DNA of 63,148 nucleotides, filler included, from Intoshia linei (lineage: Eukaryota > Animalia > Orthonectida): assembly GCA_001642005.1 (NCBI GenBank). It is 6 parts of 6 records of this genome, joined end to end, with 100 filler letters (N's around TTAATTAATTAA, not from the genome) between each part and the next. Parts side by side here need not be neighbours in the genome. Positions count along the whole stretch, not along the records: positions 1 to 8,343 come from LWCA01001464.1; positions 8,444 to 37,153 come from LWCA01000410.1; 4 more parts are not named here. One strand, written 5' to 3'. The notes under the pieces were generated by a model. It saw nothing but the letters and a program-made list of their open reading frames with translations, was not told the origin of the DNA and ran no database searches. A program made the translations under genes and the position numbers. Within the stretch, counting starts at the first letter, position 1. Each line of letters starts with the position of its first letter. Of the stretch, positions 1 to 10,849 are shown one piece after another.

Positions 1-360
1 TTCGTTTCTGTTTTTTAAGATCTTTTTCCCATTTCATTAAAAAGCTATTAAATATCTGTGATGTCATCCAACTCTTCGCGTTGAAAAAATAATCGATGTG
101 TTTTTCATATTGGAAATTTCTAAAGCACCGCGGTAACTTCGATTTCCCAATTATAAGAGGTTTTAGTTTATCTGTTCCGGACATAATTACAGTAAGAAGC
201 ACCGAAATCCTATCTTTAAAATTTTTTAAACCTTTTCTAACTTTAGTTGTAAGACTCGTGGTAGGTATCTGTTTAAAAAACAACCCGGTTTCATCGGCAT
301 TATGACTGTTAGATTTACGGTATTTTTTAATTTTTTCTTGAACTAGATTTAGAAATGTTA
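1..360 (-). pseudogene. Tigger/pogo (CENP-B-like DDE_1) transposase fragment, frameshifted, runs off the window edge
   Basis: Minus-strand translation NADETGLFFKQIPT...KDRISVLLTVIMSGTDKLKPLIIGKSKLPRCF, then a frameshift to NAKSWMTSQIF; these are the hallmark Tigger/pogo motifs. Confidence 0.88.
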
Positions 361-815
361 ACATAGAAAATTTTTATTTCATTTAGTTTGTCGATGCTGC
401 GTCAAATCTAATGATAATTAATTAAGGTAATTAAATAATTAAGGAAATTTTTTTATACAGGTGTATAGGTATATGTTTACCCATCAATTTTATCATTTGT
501 AAAAAACAATATTAATTGTAAATGAACTTCACGGAGAAGGGTACTTCTTCCAAAAAAAACTTTGACCCTCAATTTAAACAAATCTATATCTTCAAATGAA
601 TAAATTTTGTTTAAGAGATGTATATTAGTTCACTTACATATAACGAAAGTACAGTGCTATAGAATTGATAATTTTTAATAGAATATATTTTAGCACACAT
701 CAAAGCATATTTTCTGCCCATGTGCTAATTTTTTTAACAGCCTAATATGCATATCTCGTTCTGAAAAAAAATTCAAATAGAATAAACGGCGTTATTGATA
801 ATTACATTTAATATA

Positions 816-3800
816 TTATGGACATTCGGTAATTTCATTTTCGTTTTCAGTTTGAACATTTTGTAATTTTGAATCTTTATTGAAACACCATTGAATATAA
901 TCAGGTTTTGTTGCGGATCGGTACTCGTTAATCATCCCTTGAACAGCCATAGCTGATTCATCAAATTCGGATAGCGACTCTTCAAAAATGCTAAATTTTC
1001 TAAAAACGTTTGTAAATGCTTCTCGCTTGCGTAGCATTTGATATTGTACCAATAGTTCAGAGAATATCTAAATTAAAATATATTCGAAATTTCTTATTCG
1101 TGTTAAGTAAAAGTTTAGAAAACTGAGACCCAGAAATTTAAAAATCAAAGATTTAATTTAGTTTTTTTCTAAAGCAGAAAGTAAGATATATTTCATTTTC
1201 AAAAATTTCCATCATTACGGTCAAAAAGACAAATTACCCTTTATTTAAAAATAAAAAACCAGATTCCTAGAAATTAAAAACTAAAATCATAGAAATTGTT
1301 TTTTTCAGGCAACATATAGTAAAAATTTCAATCTTTGCAATTAACGTCTTGACGGTTAAAGTATCACTTTATATTAATTTTTTAAAAATAAATATAATGT
1401 TAAAGCTAAACAAAATTATTTTTACACGAATTTACACCCTCTAAATTAAATGAAATTCCACAAACCGAAGTTATCGACGTATTATTAGCTAATAGCAATC
1501 CGCTAACTCGATGTTGATGTTTTATAAATGGAGAACGTCGAGACAAGGCAATTTGGATACTAGCTGGTCCCCATGGTATAAAGTTTATCAGTTTTCTTTC
1601 GCGGACACGTTGTAAACTTTTATGGACCTAAACATTCATTTTTAATAAAATATAGATATTAAATATCAAAAATCAAATTTATATTATTAATAAAAAATAA
1701 TTTTCTCCACAGTCTCGTGTAAGGAACCCCGTATTCGTATTTCTTAGTAACTGAATAAGTCAAGGAGAAATATATATAAATCAATAAATATCCTTCATCA
1801 GATTTATTGAGTATGAGATTATTGGGATACAGAAATTAAAAGTATGAAAATGTAAGCTTTTTACAAAAATATAAATTAAATTAATAACCTGGGCTGCTTC
1901 CACTTCTCCCTGTATAATGTTTAAAATGGAAATGTAACAATTCTTAACGTGTCTATTGGCATGCCGGTCACTATGCGCAACCATCATATTTTTAGGTTGA
2001 AGTAGTCTACGCATAACGTCTAATACGGTAGTTTTTCTAATAACATTTCTTTGCTATTAAATAAAAATGAGATAAATTAAAAGAAACAAACACTAGATTC
2101 TGTAGTGAGAGGTGTATAGCCAGTCATTAAAAAGTGTAAATTTGGGGTAGGTATAAGAGGAGCGATTATTCCAATCAAATCATTATTCATATAGCTAGGA
2201 TATCGCAAAGTGGACGTTGTGATCGACATTACAGTAGATACCTAAATAATATCGCTAATAATACTATTATAATTATTAATAAATTTGCCATGATTTCCAA
2301 AATATGCACATTTCCTATAAACCAACATTCCCAAACGTTTTGACTCTTTTGACCATTGAAAAGATAACAATTTTTTTTACGAAAATATTTCATCTTGAGA
2401 ATCTATGGGAAACCAATCTTGAAATGGAACTACTGAAGCGTTTGGAATCATTGATTCCATCTCAAACATAATTACCAAATTATTAATATCATCCATAGAA
2501 GGGTGTGATACACGCAGTCGTTGAGCTGATATTCTATGCAGTGCTGTGTTATCAAGTACGATCTATAGTAAATTTTTAAATAAACATAAAAAATTAATTA
2601 TTGTATAGTTGAGTCTCCACTATTGGCAAAAAAAATATCTCCTTATTATAATTTTCATATAAAATTTCCGTTATTCGACAATTTTTCAAAATTGTTAATA
2701 AAATAAAATTAATAAAATTAGATTTGGGAAAAATAGTATGAAATGTATTAAGTTATATTAATATATATAATATTTAAATATATGACCAAGTAAAAAATTG
2801 AAAAACACAGAACTGGCAAAATATAGATAAAATACTGTTTCAGTATTAATTTATTTTTTGTTAATAAATAAATAATATAGATTTATATTTATATAGTCTC
2901 ACATACTAAGTGGGTTAGCAATTTTCTAGAAACCAGGTTGTATGATTCGCCAAAAATTTTGAATTCCAGATTTTGGCTAATAGTGGAGGATTAACTTAAT
3001 TATTAATATTGTAAATAATAATTACAACACAGTCGGCATTTTCAACTAATCTTTTAGTAGCTAAAATTGTATTATACGGTTGAATCACCACATCGCTAAC
3101 TTCTTCATGATTAGGAAAAACAGAACAACTTACCATAATTTTTTTAGGGTATCTAAGTAAATTTTCAATAAATAAAGATTCCAGCCAGAATAACATTATT
3201 TCAATTATTGATTAAAAAAATATATTGGGTAAGAATTTTTGTAGTTTATATCAGTGGTTCTCAGAATGCAGTAGGCGTACCCTAATGTTTTTTTGAAAAT
3301 TTCAGTGCATTTAATCCATCAGTGCCAGTGACTACATATGTAAACACCCATACTTTGTATTGTCAGTTAAAAACTACTAATTTGAATTTAACAATTAAAA
3401 ATGTTTCATGTATAAAATGTAATTTTGTTTAAACGTCAAAAAAAAATTATAATAATTACTATAAGTAAAAAAAAAAATGGGTATTATATAATAAAGTCAA
3501 TTGTACATGATGTAGCATCAAAATATACAAATGTTTTTTATTTTTGTCAACAAACGAAGCAGAAAGTTAAGTTTTTGTAAAAAAAATTAAGAAAAATAAG
3601 AAAATAAACTTAAATTTAGCTGTTATTTATATAATTGATAAGCGCAACTTCGTTAACCATATTTTTGAAAAACTCTTTTTGATTTCCATTCAACAATATA
3701 CAGGATCCACCTGGTGCGTTTTGAAAAATCGCAAAATTTAAAATAAATATGACAACCTATTGCAAATGACAGACATAAACGTTAAAAATGAATCAAAAAA

Positions 3801-6800
3801 AAATATAAAATAAAAAAATTAACATTAAGACATGTTTGATATATTTGTTATACATTAAATATATTATAAATCATATTATATATATATAAAACTACATGTA
3901 TTAGTAATAGTTATAAGTTTTAGTTTTAATAGTAAATATGTAATTGTAACAGTTTTATAAAACTTATCGCAGCAATAAATTTTCAAAAACTATAAAGTTG
4001 ACTATAAATTATAATTTATAATCCATAAAGAGGCGAAGAAAAAAAAGAGAGTTTAATAAAGACCTTTAATAATAAATAAAAAGGTATAGGTCCCTCTCTT
4101 TTTTCCTTTTTCTTCGCCCCTTTTCTTTTATAATACTTATTTTACCCTGGTAGACCTTTTTTCTCTTTTTTACATTATACAGTCCGACCCCGCTTTGGGG
4201 CAAACCTCGGTGTGGAGCATACTCGGTTTTGGGGCATTTTTTCAGAATTATGTTAATTTTATAGTATTTATATCAATGACAACAAGCAATATATGTGAAA
4301 TTAACCCCGATTTTGGGGCAAAAATGTTGTAAATATAAAATATATAAATATAATTCCTATAGTGATGACATTACATTAATATTATATTTATTTAATTATT
4401 TTACATACATTTTCATATGTATTTATCATAATATCAATTTTTCATTCATGCCTATATTTTAATATCTGATAAACTATTAATTACTATTCTAGATTAGAAA
4501 CTAACTATAATTCTAAAAATTAAGTATATAATTGCAAAAATATTCATAACTTTGATTTGAGATTTTTATTAAATTTTGATTTTTAGGTATTTAGCTGATA
4601 ATATCACCCTAAACGAGCGATTCCTAAATGGAGTAATGGGACCCCTAAGAGGTACCAAAAATTAGAAAGTTTGTAGGAAGCACTGCCCTAAACCGTGTTG
4701 GACTGTAATAGAAACAAATATAATATCATAATGTATTGTAATAGTTTAAATATTCAATGAAAAATTAGATAACTTACTAAAACCCCTAATTTTGGGGCAC
4801 TTTTCAAAAAATGGTGGTCCAAAGCGGGGTTATACTGTAATTATATAATGTAAAATATATAATGAACATTGATATTTAATGAATTTAGTTCATTATATAC
4901 AGTTCTGACAACATTTAAATTTATCCAAATAATATTATATAATATATATTATCACGATATAGTCAATTCATTACGTTTTTTATCAAAAGGTTTTTAATAT
5001 TGCTTACTATTTTCGCTTTAATCGTCGGCTATAAATTTTATATTTTATTACCGATCTCGGTGAAAAAAGTGTGCGACCCCTGACCTACATAACAAAAATC
5101 TTAATAGAAAATACAATTTATACAACCTCGTAAAATTTTAGGTTTTCGTAATAGTGAGAGTGGAATTTTTCTTTGTTCATAAGAGGTCGCGACATGCAAA
5201 AGGTTGAGAACCACTGGTTTACATAAATGTTAACAAAATACAATTATGTATGAATAATTCACTTTAAATTTAATGTGAAATAACTGGTCCATGGTGAGAC
5301 AAGTTTGTAAACCACTCTTTTAAAATATTGGCAATAGTAAATAGTACAATTTTTAGATAAGATTTTATTATTGACATATATTGTGTCTGGATTTATTTTT
5401 TGATAAAATTAAAAAAGATCACCCTCGTCACACCTAGATACTGTTTGAACGGAGTACAAAACAGTCAAGCTAGTATATTAATAAAAAAGTTAAAATAACT
5501 CATTTAACCTAAACAGTAAATATATTATTACCTTTCATTTATTTTTTCCAACATGTACGAACCAAGGCCAGAACCAGTTCCTCCGGCAACAGAATGATAC
5601 ATTAAAAATCCCTAATATCAATATAATTATTTTTAAACATTAAAGAATTTACTTCAAAACTATCACTTCCTTCCGCTTCTCGGTCTATAAAACAAGCAAT
5701 GTATAACAATAAAAAATAGTGATTATATCACTGATTAATCATCAGTAGGATAACCAATTCCTACTTTTGAACTAATTACAGTATAAAAAATTAAAAAGCA
5801 AGTTCATTATTCCTCATACAAAAAATGATAATTACCAAATATCTTTAATTAAAGGAAAATCTCCTTTTTCAAATATTATTTTTTTAAAAATACAAATTTT
5901 ACCAAACCTAAGGAAAAAACATTTAATCCAACTCTAAAAAAAAAAATCCAATTTTACATCCCTTAAGGGAAATCCCTTTTTCTGAATTTTATAATGTCAC
6001 TATGTAATCGCCCATATACTACAACATAACTACATGGTATGATGGTATAAAACATAATAAGAAATATACCTAAAATATCAAATAATTCGTCATGTAATTT
6101 TCCTCCCTAATAAATATTATATATAAATGCAATGTACTGTATATACAGAGCTGTTAATAAATATATGTATAGTGTATATTATATACATAATTATGCAACC
6201 GTATCAACTGAAAATTGTTCAGATTGTAAAAATACTTATTTCCGTGTGGTTTCAGTTGGGATTTTCCCAATAGAGACCCACCCATTAGTGATTTTAGAAT
6301 TATACAACCATCATATATTAATGTATTATAATATATAATATTATAATTATAAAAATGAAGAATAACATAAATATATACAAAAGTACTATGCAAAAATTTT
6401 GAGATTTGGACAGTAGTAGTAGGTTAATTGGGAAGATTGCTACATTAACTTTTATCCTTAAACATTTTTATCTTGATTGATAAATGAGAATTGATTGTAC
6501 AAATAAACATTTTTTTTTGAAATTCATAATCAGTTTAATTTAGTTTTACATTAACATAAAATAAGATAAGAAAATAACATACTTCTGTGTAGCCATGAGC
6601 CCAGTTGTTTCCGGCTCCCCCACCTTCTTTTGAAACATAAATATTTTCAGAATTATACAGTTTTCCATGTGATGACGTCAATATTCCATTTATTACGCGG
6701 GGTTCTAAATCTATTAACACAGCACGAGGAACATAATGATCGTCATCATCCTAGAGATATAAAATCAAATTGATAGTTTACGCATATATTACTCGATAAA

Positions 6801-6945
6801 AAAACACATCCTTACGATCATTAACGTCAGCATCGTATTCTTTCAGGGTACCGTCTATATTGTCATAGATTTTTTAACGTTTTTATTGAAATACCTGGAC
6901 TGATACCATGTTCAGCACATAATTGTTTCCAAAACTCCATTCCAA
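816..6945 (-). CDS. TUBG1: Gamma-tubulin, 12 visible exons: 6895-6945, 6793-6854, 6583-6750, 6070-6106, 5653-5684, 5532-5611, 3026-3152, 2476-2562, 2092-2241, 1889-2053, 1466-1627, 816-1067. First coding exon not found.
   Basis: Spliced at GT-AG sites: [146 protein letters not shown]. These motifs are gamma-specific. Confidence 0.97.
3252..5216. mobile_element. Non-autonomous hAT element in a gamma-tubulin intron
   Basis: TIRs CAGTGGTTCTCA / TGAGAACCACTG; flanking 8-mers gtttatat / gtttacat (7/8 TSD). Confidence 0.8.
4180..4837. mobile_element. pogo/Tigger-type MITE nested inside the hAT element
   Basis: TA-flanked TIRs CAGTCCGACCCCGCTTTGG / CCAAAGCGGGGTTATACTG; repeated subterminal TTTTGGGGCA motifs. 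Confidence 0.8.
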
Positions 6946-7318
6946 CTAAAATAAGAGATTAATTTTGAGGTTTTTCAATTTAGTCTAGTTTTCCTAGATA
7001 ATTTGTACTTCCTACCTCAAAATGTACCAGCTTCAATCACTTTTGTATATAATTATATTATGTAGTAATTTAAATTTAATCATTGCGACAATATATGAGA
7101 TATTTTTTAGATTTCAACAAATTATTTAATTAATTATTTTGGCTCAAGACGCATTTTATTTCTATTGCACATTAATTTTAATCAATTAATATTTGCGCTA
7201 CATACATTTGCTAGATATAAACTTAATTAGACACATACATATTTAAATTTCAAATTGCAACACACTTTTTTTCTCATAGGCCATATAGGTGACGCTTACT
7301 GTTAATTAGAAATGTATA

Positions 7319-8343
7319 CACTCCGTCCACTAATTTTAAAGACAACATGATATTATGACATAGCTTCCTTATTAATAAAGGAATATTTTTAAAAAAACCA
7401 AAATAAAAGTTATTAATAAAATAGTTAAAATTACAATAAATAACGTGTCCACAATTATAACAACACTACGTTTTATTATTATTACTACATAAATTACATA
7501 ATGATTGTTTTCAATAGTTAATTGGCTTTCCTCCTACCTTCAATATTTCCATTGCACGATTTTGAACTAAGTTTGACAGTTTAATAAAGGTTGCATCAGC
7601 GATGGTCCGCCATGTACTCATTATCGCTATTCGTAGTTCACCTAGATTACTATATTGTTTATTTCCAGCATAGAGTTGTCTGGCCATGATACCCCATACG
7701 TTTTCAATGGGGTTAATATCTAGAGAGAGCAGGTCACTCCATAATATCAGTAAAATAATTATTTAAAAATGTTTTTGTTGAGCGATACGTGTGACAACTG
7801 GCATTATCTTGTTGAAACACTAAATTTTTCTTCAATTCGTCGCTAGTCGGAAGAATAGGGATGAGGTTTTCCTCTAAAATACTTTGGTAATTGATTGAAT
7901 TTATATTACTGTCAACTTTGACAATACACTTAATATCTCCTCCACCGAACCTTCTATTCTCTCTTTCGGGAATTTTATCACGCAAGTCATGCCAATAATA
8001 ATTGTAATAATCTGGTCCATCCAAATTAAATTTTTTTTCGTCTGTCCAAATAATATTTTTTCTATCTATTTTTTTTTAAGATAAGACTCTGCCCATTTTA
8101 CTTTTGCGAACTTGTGTCTTGGAAGAATCTGAGGTTTTGGTTTAGATCTAACTAGAATAATATTTGGGCTTGCTTTGATTACACTGTGAACCGAAGATTT
8201 AGATACTTTTAATCCTTTTGAGCTCATAATTGCAACAATACCCCTTATTCCTTGTGCAGTATTAGATTGCACCTCATTTATGGTCGTCCTTTTTATTCTA
8301 TCAGAGAGTCTAGGCTTAGCACCAGCTCTTTTTCTTCCATCGT
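7319..8343 (-). mobile_element. Tc3-like (DD34E) Tc1/mariner transposon with a pseudogenised transposase (~7511-8343), cut by a gap
   Basis: IIWTDEKKFNLDGPD..YYWHDLR..RRFGGG, FQQDNASCH, then a stop replacing W before PALSLDINPIENVWG, ending GGKPINY*. 34 residues lie between the second D and E. TA-flanked terminus CACTCCGTCCAC with an inner repeat near 7445. Confidence 0.9.
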
Positions 8344-8443
8344 NNNNNNNNNNNNNNNNNNNNNNNNNNNNNNNNNNNNNNNNNNNNTTAATTAATTAAN
8401 NNNNNNNNNNNNNNNNNNNNNNNNNNNNNNNNNNNNNNNNNNN
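8344..8443. other. Assembly gap with all-frame-stop spacer (also 37154-37253, 54094-54193, 55763-55862, 61111-61210)
   Basis: N runs flanking an identical TTAATTAATTAA. Confidence 0.97.
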
Positions 8444-9420
8444 ACCAACATAAACATAGAAGAGTCGAATGGGCTCGTAAATATATGAAGACCGATTTTT
8501 CGAAAGTTATATTCACGGATGAGTGCAGAGCGACTTTAGATGGACCGGATGGGTGGGCGAGAAGTTGGGTTTGTAAGGAGTCGGGACCGGTATACCGCCT
8601 TCGGAGGGAACAAATTGGTGTAGGTATCATATTTTGGGCGGCAATTGTAGGTGATAAGATTGTTGGACCATTTAGACACACTGCAGAAGTTAGAGTCGAT
8701 AGGTTCACGTATATCCAGTTTTTAAAGGACAATTTCTTTCCATTGTATTCTCGACAGACACAAAAGTTCAAAAGGGGTCTAGTTTTGATGCAAGACCATG
8801 CACTATGTTACTTAGCTAATGATACCAAATATTTTTTAGCATCAAAGCATTTCAAAAACGAAAAATTAATGGTTTGGCCGGCTTTGTCCCCTGATCTGAA
8901 CTGCATTGAAAATATGGGGTCAATCATAAAAAGAGTAGTATATTCAAACAACACTCAGTATTCCAGCGCAAATGACCTGTGGTGTGCAATTGTAGATGCT
9001 CCAAAGTCCATTACCCCAGTACAAATAAAAATGTTGACCGGGTCGATGGACAATAGATTTCTGAAAATCGTAGAAAACCAAGGTGACTACATCAATTACT
9101 AATTAATATATTTCTTTTTTTATAGTGTTGTTTGTTTAATTATTAAACATTAAATGTTATTTTGTGATACATATTTATGTTTTTTAAGAACAATTAATAA
9201 GTTAAAGTAATTAATTGTATAACTTACCTAATAATTTGGAACGGTCAAAAACCAATATATTTTAAAAACTCATCAAATAATTTTACTATTTTTCTGAAAT
9301 TTCGAGGATGTTCTTTCACAAGGTCTACGAGTTAACGTAAAAAAAATTGTTAAATTTTAACAGCTTTAAGGTAGTTAAATGCAAAATTTCAACACTTACC
9401 TAATAATTTGGAACGTAGTG
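8444..9420 (+). mobile_element. DD37E (TRT-type) Tc1/mariner transposon, 3' half; transposase ORF 8485-9102
   Basis: KTDFSKVIFTDECRATLDGPDGW, MQDHA, then 37 residues to E in PDLNCIE. IR/DR end: ACTTACCTAATAATTTGGAACG at ~9222 and ~9394, ending GTAGTG|TA. Confidence 0.92.
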
Positions 9421-9450
9421 TATTCTGAAAGATAGAGGGAAATATATCTA

Positions 9451-10519
9451 CTAGTTACCGTAATAATATCATATTAATATTTTTTTATACATAAGATTAT
9501 TGCATATTTTAAATAACTAAGCGAACTATTTTGAGTGACTAATATTTTGTATATACGTAATTAAATATGGTGAATCTAATAAAACTATACAAATTTTAAT
9601 TATATAATTATTTTTAAAAAAAGGCAACATTTACCTAATCATAGGTTGTCTAAATAATTTAAGGGATATTTTTTTAATTTATTGGACAGAAAGTGTGTAT
9701 GTATTAAAAATAAAGTAAAAACTATCCAATCCTAAAAATTGTCATAAATAGCATAAATTTTAGAAAAAATAAAATTATTAAAACTTATTTTGAATTTATA
9801 ATTATTTATTATTATCTTATGAATTATATAAATTTTTCCCCATATTTCTTTATTGAAAATGTGTAGACGTTCACTGCACATTTTATTTGAAATTGTAAAA
9901 TCAATATTTACACTTTCAATTTTTACTTTAAACGAAATATTTAAAAAATATTGGTTGGTAATATATTAAAAATTATTTTTTGCGGGAATTCGTAGATTTC
10001 TGGGGTTGCAATTTTGTATTTATATCAACTATAATAAGCTCTATCAGATAAATATAATTTTTAATTTTCGGACCATTAATTATTTCACATTTTTTGTTTT
10101 AATAAAATATTTCAAAAAAAAATATGTGAGTACTAAAATGCTTTTTTGACTGTGAATGCGTCATATTCTCATTGAAATTTTTTATAGGTATTCACAGGAT
10201 ACAACTGTACCATCTGTAATTTTTTTAAATTTTAGGGCTTTTTCCACTAAAAAAAAGGGTAATTTGGGGTTTTGGCCCTGAAGATATATTATTTTTAAAT
10301 TTAAATGTATGATAACATTTATGATTTTAAAAAAAAGGACAGTTGGAGTTTTTGATCCGTAAGATGTAAGTTTGGGAGGTTAAAATTTTTTTTGCTAACC
10401 CACTCGAAAAAAACTGTCATTGAAATATGGACTTTATAAAATTTTAAGATTGCCAGTTATTAAAATAAACGATAACACACACATACACTGACAAACAAAG
10501 CATATTATATAAGTAAAGA
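9451..10519 (-). mobile_element. Non-autonomous Helitron, composite copy
   Basis: Minus strand begins A|TCTTTACTTATATAATATG and ends GGTAACTAG|T; the body matches the copies at 14250, 33764 and 59930. Confidence 0.8.
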
Positions 10520-10849
10520 TGGTCATTCATTTGAAAGTGAATTAACTTTATATATTAGTCTATTTTTATATAACTACAGAAATGACAGTTAATAATATTA
10601 ATATTTAAATATTAATGAATCCTACAATTATAATAATAATATTATAATATCAATATATTAATGAACAACTACAAGATAAATTTTGTAAAAGTTTTCCAGG
10701 AAGGTGTAAAAATTATAATTTACATTTGCATATTATCTTATTTTTAAACAGAATTTTTTTTATTATTTTTTAACAATATGGATTGTTTTATTGATGTTGA
10801 AAAATCTTGACTCTCTCACTTACATATATTAACATATACATAAATCACT

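Noticed and set aside
96-305. 69-aa plus-strand ORF (likewise 8388-8771, 18653-18865, 32514-32702)
   Set aside because: Antisense shadows of real coding sequence on the other strand.
7734-7736. TGA where Trp is expected (alternative genetic code?)
   Set aside because: Isolated TGG-to-TGA mutation in a dead transposase; host genes here use TGG for Trp.
8388-8399. TTAATTAATTAA repeated five times between N runs
   Set aside because: Artificial all-frame-stop scaffold spacer, not biological.
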